Positions 49,118 through 60,795 of a stretch of DNA of 64,000 nt are shown here, piece after piece. Below the pieces are notes generated by a model. The model saw nothing but the letters and a program-made list of their open reading frames with translations. It made no database searches and was not told the DNA's origin. The stretch comes from an uncultured Verrucomicrobiae bacterium. Its GTDB lineage: Bacteria > Verrucomicrobiota > Verrucomicrobiia > Chthoniobacterales > UBA10450. Location: contig CAWFGO010000001.1 in NCBI GenBank assembly GCA_963815455.1, positions 1 through 64,000 on the forward strand, in the 5' to 3' direction. Position 1 is the first letter of the stretch; each line of letters begins with the position of its first letter. Position numbers and translations under genes: made by a program.

Positions 49118-51008
49118 ATGAAAGATAAGGAAGGCCAGAAGGTAAAGCTGTCGTTCCGGGAAACGATCGAGGCCTCGCGCACACTGTATCGTCGCCTCTT
49201 CGGTTACGTGCGACCGTACAAATGGCGATTTGTGGTGGGGCTGATGTTCGGTCTGGCGTTCGGTGCGACCAACGGCCTTCTGCCGCTGGCAGTGGCCCAG
49301 GTCTCCACTTTTATTTTCCACGGCGCAGTACCCGAATCCAAAAATGCTGTGGGGGCACCGTGAGATGTTGAACACGGGCCCTCAAATCAATTCGATCGGG
49401 CTGATTTGCATATTGATTCCTCTCATCATGATCGTCCGCAGTCTCCTTGACTTCGGGAACGCCTATTACATGAACTGGGTAAGCAATCGAGTTGTGCTCG
49501 ACATTCGGAACCAGCTTTTCTCGAAGCTGGTCCATCATTCGATGGATTTCTTCAATCGAATGCGAGTCGGGTTTCTCATGTCGCGCATTGCCAACGACAC
49601 GCGCAGCATGCAAATGGCGCTGAGCACGGTCAGCAGCGATGTTTTTAAACAACCGATGTCGATCCTGGGCGGCCTTACCGCGCTGCTCCTGATGGATTGG
49701 AAATTTACCATCGTGACAATGATTCTTTTTCCCACCTGTATCGTGCCGATGCGTTTGCTGGCACAACGCGCGCGCCGTGCAGTGCAAAGCGAACAGAAGG
49801 GCATCGGTCAGATGACCGTGACGATGCAGGAAACTTTCACCGGGATTCGAGTGGTTAAATCGTTTGGGCGAGAAGAATTTCAAGAAAGGACGTTTAAGCG
49901 CGCCACTCAGCAGCAGTTCTCAAATGCCATGCGCATGGTCAAGACGATGGAAGCCATGGGGCCAATGGTGGAGGCCATCGCTTCAATCGGCGTCGGTCTC
50001 GCGCTCTTTTACGTTTATGCGGCCAATCTGCCGGCCGGCCGCTTTCTCGGACTTATCAGCGGCATTTTTATTCTCTACGCGCCGATCAAGACGTTGAGCA
50101 AGCTTCACATTGTGATGCAACGTTCGATTGCGGCTACGACCAAAATTTTTGGCCTGCTCGACTCAACCCCAAGCGTGCAGAATTCACCGAGCGCCGCACC
50201 GCTTACTGTCTCCCGCGGGCAAATCGAATTCGAGAGCGTCACTTTTCGTTACGCCACCGGAATCACCGACGCGGTTCAAAATATTAGTTTGCGGGTCGAG
50301 CCCGGGAAAACATTCGCGCTGGTCGGCGCGAGCGGTGCAGGCAAAAGCACGATTCTTTCTCTCATCTTGCGGTTGTACGATCCCACAGCCGGAGTCATTC
50401 GGATCGACGGACAGGACGTGCGCAACGTCACGCAAAAATCTCTGCGGCAGCAGATCGGTCTTGTGACCCAGGAAACATTTCTGTTCCACGACACGATTTT
50501 CAAGAATATCCAGTTCGGCCGACTGGACGCGACGCCGGAGGAAGTTTACGCCGCAGCTCAAACCGCGTTCGCGCACAGCTTCATCATGGCCCAGCCCAAC
50601 GGTTACGAAACCGTCATCGGTGACAAAGGCTGTTTGCTCTCCGGCGGGCAACAGCAACGCGTTGCCATCGCCCGCGCGCTCTTGAAGAATGCGCCCATTT
50701 TGCTACTCGACGAGGCGACTTCATCGCTCGATTCTGAATCCGAAAAGCAAATTCAAGAAGCGCTGGAGAAATTGACTACCGGCCGGACCGTGATTGCAAT
50801 CGCCCACCGCCTCTCGACCATTTTGTCCGCGGATCAGATTGTGGTGATGGATCATGGGCAAATCAAGGAAATCGGCACGCACGCGGAGTTGATCGAGAAA
50901 TCCGGCCACTATCGCCGGCTATACGATTTACAGTTCAATCATCCTGAGGAGCCCGAGCACTCGGAAACGACGCCTGAACCGGATGTGCTCGAGGAAGAGC
51001 TAGTCTAA
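49118..51008 (+). CDS. msbA: MsbA-like ABC transporter (frameshift ~49332)
   Basis: YRRLFGYVRPY; ABC TM domain; GASGAGKST, LSGGQQQR, LDEATSSLD, AHRLST; next to LPS core genes. Confidence 0.8.
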
Positions 51009-51054
51009 TTGTGGCGGCGATCTCCAATCGCCGCACTTTGGGTTTCGAGCGAGG

Positions 51055-51594
51055 CTACAACAATTTCGCGAGAGCACCGCGACGATGTTCGTGTTCGTCG
51101 TCGCTTAAAACAGGGTCGAATCGAATTCCGGAGGCCGGCTCGGGCAAGTTCACCCAGGATCGACATCCGCCAAATCCCTTTTCATTTGCGATCGTCCATG
51201 TTGGCTGAACGCGAAATACTCGCACAAAAGCAACCTGCAGTCCCGGCGCCCGATCGTAGTCAAAACGTTCGCGAACAACGCTCGGCTGCAGGATATGCAA
51301 GGGCCCGAGCGCTTCCGCGATTTCCCATGATGTAATCACATGAGACGACTCCAGTTTGGCAAAATGCTTGATGTCGATCTTGTCGGCGTTTGGTTCCGGG
51401 AATTCAATCCCGGTCTGGCGAACTTTCTCGGGTTGCTCGTGAAACCACGTGGGGAAAAGAAAGAACTCGGAATGGCGAAAGCTAAATCCGTCTCGGCCTT
51501 CGGCGATGCCGCCTTTGCGCAGGATGATGCTCTGCTCACCCCGCCCGAGCGCTTCACAGACGATCGCCCATTCCTTGAATCCAACACTTTCCAT
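51055..51594 (-). CDS. DUF1802 family protein
   Basis: KEWAIVCEALGRGEQSIILRKGGI, FLFPTWFH, GGCRSWV. Confidence 0.88.
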   Translation of the reverse strand: MESVGFKEWAIVCEALGRGEQSIILRKGGIAEGRDGFSFRHSEFFLFPTWFHEQPEKVRQTGIEFPEPNADKIDIKHFAKLESSHVITSWEIAEALGPLHILQPSVVRERFDYDRAPGLQVAFVRVFRVQPTWTIANEKGFGGCRSWVNLPEPASGIRFDPVLSDDEHEHRRGALAKLL

Positions 51595-51623
51595 TTCGCT
51601 TTCGCCAAAGTACCTTGCCTGGA

Positions 51624-52352
51624 ATGCCGTTCAACTTCGACCTCCATACTCACACGTTTTTTTCCGGCGACGGAGTTTCGAGCCCGGAGGATCTAATCGC
51701 CGCCGCGCGCGCGAAGGGCCTGCACGGGATTGCGATCACGGACCACAACACGTGCGAGGCCATCACCTATCTGCTCGAAAAAGGCTTGATGCGGCAGGAT
51801 GGACAGCCGGTCGATAATTTTCTCGTGCTTCCAGGCGTTGAAGTCACGACCGCTGACGGTCATCTCCTCTGCATCGGCGCGGAGCTTCCCTACTTGAAAG
51901 GAAAACCGGCGCGCGAGGTCTGCGACATGATCCACGAACGTGGCGGTCTGGCGATTCCGCCGCATCCTTACGATTTGTTTCGCGCCGGAATCCGTTTCGC
52001 CACATTGGAGACGCTGCCAATCGACGCGATCGAAGTCTTCAACGCCGCCACCACCTTGCGAAGATACAACCGCTACGCTTTCAAATACGCGCAGATTCGC
52101 GGCTTGCCAATGATCGCTGGAAGCGACGCGCACCATGCCGCCGCCGTCGGCACCGCTTATACGATTTTGAATACCAGCGATCTGACGGTGAAAGGAATCC
52201 TCGCCCAGATCCTCAAGAGCAACGAGCTCAATCAGCAATATTTGACTCCGCGCGACAGCCTCCGCAAAACCTGGAACAACTGGTTGCGGCTGCGCCGGCG
52301 AAAGAAGATTCCCGAACTCGCCGCTAAAGATCGCGGCCTGAACGACCACTGA
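51624..52352 (+). CDS. PHP-domain phosphoesterase
   Basis: DLHTHT..S.DG, ITDHN, GVEVTT..GHL, PPHP, GSDAH. Confidence 0.9.
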   Translation: MPFNFDLHTHTFFSGDGVSSPEDLIAAARAKGLHGIAITDHNTCEAITYLLEKGLMRQDGQPVDNFLVLPGVEVTTADGHLLCIGAELPYLKGKPAREVCDMIHERGGLAIPPHPYDLFRAGIRFATLETLPIDAIEVFNAATTLRRYNRYAFKYAQIRGLPMIAGSDAHHAAAVGTAYTILNTSDLTVKGILAQILKSNELNQQYLTPRDSLRKTWNNWLRLRRRKKIPELAAKDRGLNDH

Positions 52353-52376
52353 CACGAGACCACTGACCACTGACCT
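52344..52376 (+). repeat. GACCACT heptamer tandem repeat (solo arm)
   Basis: gaccact gacacga gaccact gaccact gacct; same unit as the four-helix-bundle flanks. Confidence 0.7.
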
Positions 52377-52664
52377 ATGCCAGCCTACGTGATTGTCGAA
52401 ATCGAGATTGTCGATCCTGTCGGTTACGAAAAATACAAGCAGCTCGCCGGGGCGACGGTTGAAAAGTACGGAGGCAAATACATAGTGCGCGGCGGAAAGG
52501 CCGAAGTGCTGGAAGGCGACTGGAACCCGAAGCGCATCGTAGTGCTTCAATTTGAATCGATGCAACGCGCCAAAGACTGGCTCAACTGCGAAGAATATCG
52601 CGAGCCGCGCAAGATGCGCCACCGCGCGGCGAAAACGAACATGATCGTCGTCGAAGGCGTTTAA
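52377..52664 (+). CDS. DUF1330 family protein
   Basis: YGGKYIVRGG..EVLEG...IVVLQFES...W...EY. Confidence 0.92.
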   Translation: MPAYVIVEIEIVDPVGYEKYKQLAGATVEKYGGKYIVRGGKAEVLEGDWNPKRIVVLQFESMQRAKDWLNCEEYREPRKMRHRAAKTNMIVVEGV

Positions 52665-52711
52665 GCCGGTCCGTCTCGCGAAAATTGTGGCGCAACCCGG
52701 GCTGGTTGCGC

Positions 52712-53266
52712 ATGATCTCTACCGCCGTGGAACAAGAAATTGTTGCTCTCCTTCGAGCTGCCGGGAAACGCGGTTTGCCCAGTCTGCTGATTGGCGCGAA
52801 TGCGGTCTTAATGCTCGGCTATATCCGCAACACGATTGATCTCGACCTTCTCGTGCCTGAGCGCTCGCGTTCTGAATGGCTCGATCTGCTTCGCGAACTC
52901 GGTTACCGGTTCTTTCACGGCACTGCAAGTTTTGCTCAATTCGAGTCGCATGATAATACCGGGCCGCCCGTTGATCTAATGTTTGTCGAGCAAGAGACGT
53001 GGGAAAAGCTTTTCCAAGGAGCAAAAGAGGTCCGGCTTGGAAGTGAAGCCGTGCTGTTACCACGGCCGGAATATCTTGTCGCACTCAAGCTGCACGCCGC
53101 CGCCAGCCCAACGCGAAGTAAGCCGGCAGTCGATTGGGAGGATATCCGTCAGATCGTTCGGATTTGCCAGCTGAATCCGGACGAAGAATCTTTTCGCGCC
53201 CTTATCTTGCGCTATGGTGGTGAAGATGCGCTCGGGAAAATCCAAAGCTTCGTCCGGAACGAGTAA
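52712..53266 (+). CDS. Pol-beta-superfamily nucleotidyltransferase (AbiEii/DUF6036-like)
   Basis: LIGANAV..LGYIRNTIDLDLL, VDLM, LVALKLHA, DWEDI. Confidence 0.75.
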   Translation: MISTAVEQEIVALLRAAGKRGLPSLLIGANAVLMLGYIRNTIDLDLLVPERSRSEWLDLLRELGYRFFHGTASFAQFESHDNTGPPVDLMFVEQETWEKLFQGAKEVRLGSEAVLLPRPEYLVALKLHAAASPTRSKPAVDWEDIRQIVRICQLNPDEESFRALILRYGGEDALGKIQSFVRNE

Positions 53267-53453
53267 CGGCCTGGACCACAACCTGCGGCTTCCTGTTTTC
53301 GACCAACCTCTGGTCGAGCGCTGGCCGATGAAGATATCGTGGGAAAACGCCGTGCGCAGCTTTGCTTCGTCGCGTGATCACTACATGCAACACTTCGATT
53401 CAGCGGAGCAGCGCGCGCGCGATAAGAACCCGCAGCGTTTCTCACTAGGCTAA
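53226..53453 (+). CDS. Small hypothetical protein overlapping the nucleotidyltransferase
   Basis: 75-aa ORF, LRLP...RDKNPQRFSL; overlaps the NTase 3' end. Confidence 0.5.
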   Translation: MRSGKSKASSGTSNGLDHNLRLPVFDQPLVERWPMKISWENAVRSFASSRDHYMQHFDSAEQRARDKNPQRFSLG

Positions 53454-53597
53454 ATTGCCCTCGACTGATCTTTGACGTCTGGCTTCCGCTTCGCCGGCGA
53501 TTACCAAACAATATGATCGTGGTCGAGGGGCGTGTAGATCGCGACGTTGGCGAAGCCATCGAACACAGCGGATTAATCGGCCCGACTGAGTCTTGCC

Positions 53598-55868
<2,271 letters not shown>

Positions 55869-55896
55869 GTGGCTAGGCGTCACTAGTTAAAATGCC

Positions 55897-56076
55897 GTCA
55901 TTCCGAGCGAAGTCGAGGAATCCCGTTGCGGAACTCAAAGGTAATGCCTCGGGATCCTTCGACTTCGCTCAGGATGACTGTTGGCGGCGAGCGAAGTCGA
56001 GGAATCTCTTGCGTTAGCATATTGTCACATCGCAGGATCCTTCGACCCCGAAAGCGTTCGGGGGCTCAGGATGACA
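55897..56076. repeat. Tandem pair of GTCAT...ATGAC REP-like elements
   Basis: gtcattccgagcgaagtcgaggaatccc...gggatccttcgacttcgctcaggatgac; second copy has ccccgaaagcgttcgggg in its loop. Confidence 0.85.
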
Positions 56077-56081
56077 GGTTG

Positions 56082-56831
56082 ATGGAAACGACAATGGACG
56101 CTACACATCTCGTCTTTCTTTTTCTCGCGGTTGGCGTGGTGGCGTTTCTCTATTCATCCGTCGGTCATGCGGGTGCATCCGGTTACATCGCAACCATGAC
56201 GTTGTTCGGAATTGCGCCGGTGGTCATTCGGCCAACGGCGCTGGTGTTGAACATCCTGGTCGCTTCAATCGGCGCGTTCCAATTCTGGCGGGCCGGACAT
56301 TTTTCGTGGAAGCTTTTCTGGCCATTCGCGCTGCTCGCCATCCCGGCCGCGTACTTGGGCGGCTATTTGCAGCCATCTGCGTCGATCCTGAGAATCCTGA
56401 TCGGACTGGTGCTGCTGTTTTCTGCCTGCCGACTGATCTTTCGGCGCGGCGATCCGCCACAAACAATCGTTCCGGCACGGCCGCTAGCGGTCGGCGTGGG
56501 TGCTGGACTCGGGTTCTTATCGGGGTTAACCGGAACCGGCGGCGGGATATTCCTGACCCCGCTCTTGTTGTTTTGCCGATGGGCACATATTCGGCAGGCG
56601 GCAGCCGTTTCGGCCCTCTTCATTTTGGTGAACTCGATTGCGGGCCTGGCCGGCTATTTCACGGCCAAGCAGTCTGTTCCGTCGCTTGGTTTGGTTCTGG
56701 CTGCTTCTGCAATCATTGGCGGCACTCTTGGTTCGCATCTCGGTAGCCGCCGTTTTCCCAGCCGCACGATTTCCATTCTACTGGCGATTGTACTCGTGAT
56801 CGCCGGGACGAAACTGATTCTCACCAGGTAG
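56082..56831 (+). CDS. TauE/SafE family sulfite exporter
   Basis: SSVGHAGASGY, GLTGTGGGIFLTP; about 8 TM helices. Confidence 0.9.
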   Translation: METTMDATHLVFLFLAVGVVAFLYSSVGHAGASGYIATMTLFGIAPVVIRPTALVLNILVASIGAFQFWRAGHFSWKLFWPFALLAIPAAYLGGYLQPSASILRILIGLVLLFSACRLIFRRGDPPQTIVPARPLAVGVGAGLGFLSGLTGTGGGIFLTPLLLFCRWAHIRQAAAVSALFILVNSIAGLAGYFTAKQSVPSLGLVLAASAIIGGTLGSHLGSRRFPSRTISILLAIVLVIAGTKLILTR

Positions 56832-56888
56832 GGACGCGCCGCTGGGGGGTCCGTCAATAAGTCGGACGTTTCGGAGAAACATCCCTAC
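56828..56888. repeat. GTAG-type REP doublet supplying both convergent stop codons
   Basis: gtagggacg...ggacgtttc-gga-gaaacatccctac; TAG at 56829-31 (+) and 56885-87 (-). Confidence 0.75.
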
Positions 56889-57358
56889 TTGGTCAATGAA
56901 AGCCTCGGCGCGGTTTCAGGCGACCAGGGATTCTCTTGATACTCGGACGCAACAATTTGATCGGCGTACGTCCGCAGGAGCTGGCATAGCGCGGTAACAT
57001 CCAGACCATGGTGTTGCGGCCCGAAGCTCGACAAGTTTTTTTCCGCCAGCCGAAACAATCGCACCGCCGGCGGCAATCGCCGGCCGTGTTTGGCGTGTGA
57101 TGGATGTTCGAATCGCTTTTTCAAATGCACAAAAGCACCAGCCGCCTGGATCAATCCCTTGAAGAAATTGTCGTCCGGCGAGTCTTTGATCAGCCAAACC
57201 TGCTCAAGGACATCGTGAGCCTCGTAGTATTGCCGCTCGTTCCAGCATTTGAAGTAGGCGCGATAATACGGATGATCAACGATGTCGATCTTCGCGGCAT
57301 CGACATGTCCTCCCTCCATCTCTCGTACGAGACGTGAAATCCTCTCGCCTTTGTTCAT
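56885..57358 (-). CDS. DUF309 family protein
   Basis: YYEAHDVLEQVW, FKGLIQAAGAFVH. Confidence 0.88.
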   Translation of the reverse strand: MNKGERISRLVREMEGGHVDAAKIDIVDHPYYRAYFKCWNERQYYEAHDVLEQVWLIKDSPDDNFFKGLIQAAGAFVHLKKRFEHPSHAKHGRRLPPAVRLFRLAEKNLSSFGPQHHGLDVTALCQLLRTYADQIVASEYQENPWSPETAPRLSLTK

Positions 57359-57486
57359 GAAGCGCTTAACTTGATCGCAGCTCCGATGATGGGCAAATTC
57401 GCACGCTTCACTTTTCCGGGGAACCACAAAAGCTCGCCACGGGATGGGTCCGTCCGAATGGCGAGTTTTGGGGGCCGCAGCGAAAA

Positions 57487-58776
57487 ATGACGCTCGCTGG
57501 ACTCACACTTTTGCTCGCCGCGATTGCGGTCCTGATTTTCTGCTCGGCGCTGTTTTCGGGATTGGAAACTGCGTTGTTTTCCCTCAAGCCCCATCAACTC
57601 AGGCGATTGGAAGAGCAGCATCCGAAGCTGAGTAAATTTGTGCAGATGCTCCGCGACCATCCGCGGCGTGTTCTAAATGTGCTTCTTTTGGCGGATGGGC
57701 TGGTCAAGCTGCCGCTGGTCGTGCTCTGCCTGGTCTTGTTATGGGAAGGACCGCTGGCCGGGCGCGTGCCACAATGGCTGGCCGCTATCGCAATTTTCGC
57801 GGTGGTCGTTTTGATTTGCGATCTAATCCCGAAGGTGCTGGCGCTTTCGGCTTCATACCGCATCTCGACGATCGGAGCGTTTACGCTCAACGTATCGCTG
57901 CCGCTGCTCGATCGAGTCGGGCGCACGCTCGAGACTGCGAGTACCGCAGTTGTCGATCTTGTTACACCGGCGGGACTCAAGATCCGTCCGCGCTTAAGCG
58001 ATGAAGAACTGGAGACGCTGGTGGAAATGGGCGAAGAGGAAGGCGCGCTGCAGGAGACCGAAGGCGAGATGATCCAGGAAATCATCAAGCTGGGCGACAA
58101 GACGGCCAAGGATTGCATGACCCCGCGGGTGGACATGTTCGCGCTGCCGGATGATCTAACGAACGAGGAAGCAATCGCGCGGCTAAAACAAAAACGGCAT
58201 CACCGCGTCCCAGTCTATGCGGACACCCCCGACCAGATCGCAGGCATTATCGATGTGAAAATGTTCCTGCTCGACCCGGCGGAACATTATACCGAGAGCA
58301 TGATCGCACCCTCCTTCGTGCCGGAAACGATGCGCGCGATTGCTTTGCTCAAATTATTTCTTACCCACCCACAAGGTATGGCCGTCGTGGTGGACGAATT
58401 CGGCGGGACTGAAGGAATTATCACGATGGCGGACATCGTGGAAGATATTTTGAGCGATGCAGCGCCCTTGGGGGATGCCGATCTTTACATTGAGAGCCTG
58501 GACGACGGGAAATTCCTGGTGAGCGGCAATGCGCGGCTCGACGATTTGAGCGAACGCCTCGGCTTCGAGCTCGAAGCGGAGGGAATCGACACGATCGGCG
58601 GGCTCGTATTCAACCGGCTGGGGCATTTGCCGACAGCGGGCACGGAGCTAGAGATCCCCCGGCTTGCAATAACGGTGCGCCGGGCCGGGCGCAAACGAAT
58701 CGAAGAATTGCTGCTCGAGAAAACAGCCTGCCTGGAAGACGCGGACAGAGGCGGCGACGGCCAAACCGAATCGTAA
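57487..58776 (+). CDS. CNNM(DUF21)-CBS-CorC hemolysin-family transporter
   Basis: FSGLETALFSL, MTPRVD, HRVPVY, VVDEFGGTEG, DTIGGLVF. Confidence 0.92.
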   Translation: MTLAGLTLLLAAIAVLIFCSALFSGLETALFSLKPHQLRRLEEQHPKLSKFVQMLRDHPRRVLNVLLLADGLVKLPLVVLCLVLLWEGPLAGRVPQWLAAIAIFAVVVLICDLIPKVLALSASYRISTIGAFTLNVSLPLLDRVGRTLETASTAVVDLVTPAGLKIRPRLSDEELETLVEMGEEEGALQETEGEMIQEIIKLGDKTAKDCMTPRVDMFALPDDLTNEEAIARLKQKRHHRVPVYADTPDQIAGIIDVKMFLLDPAEHYTESMIAPSFVPETMRAIALLKLFLTHPQGMAVVVDEFGGTEGIITMADIVEDILSDAAPLGDADLYIESLDDGKFLVSGNARLDDLSERLGFELEAEGIDTIGGLVFNRLGHLPTAGTELEIPRLAITVRRAGRKRIEELLLEKTACLEDADRGGDGQTES

Positions 58777-59723
58777 TGGACATCGCAATCATTTTTTTCT
58801 GCTGGATTGTTTCCTTTCTGTTCGCAGGCATCGAAGCCGGCTTGTTGTCGATCAACCCGGTTCGACTACGGCATCACGTAAAGCAAAACTTGAGCGGTGC
58901 GGTCAGGCTCGATCGACTGTTGCAAAAGCCCGAGCGCTTGTTCGTCACCGTCCTGCTCATTACCAACATGGCGGACATTCTTGGATTGCTCCTGCTCACG
59001 CGCCGTTTGGTTGCGGCATTTGGCGCGATGGGGTTTGTCGCGGCTCTTGTTATCGCCTTTCCGATTTACCTTTTCTTGCTGGCTGTTTTACCCACATCGC
59101 TTTTTCGACGGTTTCCGTTTCGGGCATTGGTGCCCCTGGCCGGCTTGCTGGAGCTGATTTCGCTTGTTCTGTGGCCCGCCCTGGAACTAGGGACGCGCCT
59201 GGGCCGTCTGGCGTTGCCTGGCCGAACAAGGGAGCGTGGCCGGCTTTTTGCCGCGCGGGAGGAACTCAAGCAAATCACGACCGAGAGCGAGCGCGAGGGA
59301 TCGCTCACTGCGACTGAGCGAGCCATGATTCATAATGTGGTCGATCTTCGAAGCGTCAAAGTTCGCGATATGATGGTGCCGTTAAGCAAAGTTATTTCGG
59401 TGCGGCCGGATACGCCGGTGGAGGAGGCGCTCAAGCTTAGCCGCGCATCGAGCGTGGATCGGCTCCCCGTGATTACGAGGGACGGGAAAGCGCTCGGATT
59501 GGTCAATGCGCTGGACATCCTTTTGGAACCGGACCGGCAGCGACCTTTGAGCCAACAGATGCGGCGGATTGTGATGACCAGCGAAGAGGAACCCGCCTAC
59601 CGGGCCATGCAGCGCCTGCGCGCCGCCCGGCTGGGTTTGGCGGGTGTTTTGGATCGAAATCACAACCTGAGCGGGATAGTGACAATCGAGGAACTGATTC
59701 GCAGGCTGGTCCAAAGCGCCTAG
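58776..59723 (+). CDS. CNNM(DUF21)-CBS domain protein
   Basis: FAGIEAGLLS, REELK, VRDMMVP, DRLPV, GIVTIEELI; TAATG overlap. Confidence 0.9.
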   Translation: MDIAIIFFCWIVSFLFAGIEAGLLSINPVRLRHHVKQNLSGAVRLDRLLQKPERLFVTVLLITNMADILGLLLLTRRLVAAFGAMGFVAALVIAFPIYLFLLAVLPTSLFRRFPFRALVPLAGLLELISLVLWPALELGTRLGRLALPGRTRERGRLFAAREELKQITTESEREGSLTATERAMIHNVVDLRSVKVRDMMVPLSKVISVRPDTPVEEALKLSRASSVDRLPVITRDGKALGLVNALDILLEPDRQRPLSQQMRRIVMTSEEEPAYRAMQRLRAARLGLAGVLDRNHNLSGIVTIEELIRRLVQSA

Positions 59724-59752
59724 GGACGCGCCCGACAAGCGACATTCCAACC

Positions 59753-59793
59753 AAAAGCAAAGCAGCCCCATCCGGGTTAGCGGATGGGGCTGC
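59753..59793 (-). terminator. Intrinsic terminator of the PEP-CTERM gene
   Basis: 13-bp perfect stem gcagccccatccg/cggatggggctgc followed on the minus strand by tttgctttt. Confidence 0.8.
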
Positions 59794-59825
59794 CTGGTGA
59801 AAAAAACAGCTACGAGGAAAGCAGA

Positions 59826-60497
59826 CTAGTGGCTGGCCTTGCGGCGGCGATAAACAACCACGCCCGAGCCGACAGCGGCTATGCCGAGCAGCGCGAGGGT
59901 GCTTGGCTCCGGCACGATCGTAATCACGAAGGTACCGGCGGGGATAATGTTGTTATCGTTAAAGCCGGTATCGGTGACTTCCGAGATACGCGGGCTGGTG
60001 GTGGTCGAGCGCAGGGTGAAGCTCTGGCCCATCAAACTGGTGGCCCCGCCGTCGATGGCGAAGGTCAGCATGTTGATCATATACGTCCCCGGCGGGATCT
60101 CGCTGCCCGGCGTGGAGTCGTTGGTTGCTCCAAGGTCACGCGTTTCGTTCATATAACCAGGGATTGCGCCACTGGTTGAGTTGAACAAGGCGGGATTTGG
60201 CACAGTTTGGTTCGGATCGGGGAACTGTGACGAGTAGGTCACGCCCGTAATACTGAGGAAGGGCGCCAGGGCTGTCGGCACTTCCAGCCAATAGGAAAGA
60301 CCAAATGAGCTGTAACCGGCGTAGGTCAGAAAGACGTTGAGGTTAACTGATGTTCCCGGATTCCAGACCGCCGGGCCAGTAAAGGCCAGTGATTGGGTGT
60401 GTCCTTTAGGCGATCCGATCGGGTTCGGATTTTGACTCTGCCCAAAGGCAGCGGTCGTCAGGGCGCAGATCACTGCGAGTGTAAGTAACTTTTTCAT
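59826..60497 (-). CDS. PEP-CTERM sorting-domain protein with cohesin-like beta-sandwich
   Basis: Signal peptide; VPEPST + TM + YRRRK; body pattern resembles type I cohesin. Confidence 0.85.
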   Translation of the reverse strand: MKKLLTLAVICALTTAAFGQSQNPNPIGSPKGHTQSLAFTGPAVWNPGTSVNLNVFLTYAGYSSFGLSYWLEVPTALAPFLSITGVTYSSQFPDPNQTVPNPALFNSTSGAIPGYMNETRDLGATNDSTPGSEIPPGTYMINMLTFAIDGGATSLMGQSFTLRSTTTSPRISEVTDTGFNDNNIIPAGTFVITIVPEPSTLALLGIAAVGSGVVVYRRRKASH

Positions 60498-60621
60498 AGG
60501 TGGTTTTTTTCCTCGTTTGTTTTCTTCTTTTCTACTTGTTTCGGCTGGCTGGATTCTGAAGGAACACTGGTTAAAATTTTTCAGCCCTCAAGCCCTGCTA
60601 AATCTCATAATTTGCGGTTGT

Positions 60622-60651
60622 TTATAGGCGAATCGGCCAAAGAAAAGCAAG
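60622..60651 (-). promoter_or_regulatory. Sigma-70-like promoter, copy 1 (TTGCTT-N18-TATAAA)
   Basis: Minus strand cttgcttttctttggccgattcgcctataa; 24/30 identical to 63560-63589. Confidence 0.6.
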
Positions 60652-60795
60652 TACAAATTTAAGAATTTTTGGCCAGGCTCGGGAGCCACCATATTAGGGC
60701 TCTGCCGGCCCCGAAGCGGTCCAAACGTGGTTTCGGTAAGCTTGGTAAAAGCATCATTTCTGAAGTTTCCGACAAATCCGCCTTGTCGAGATCTC

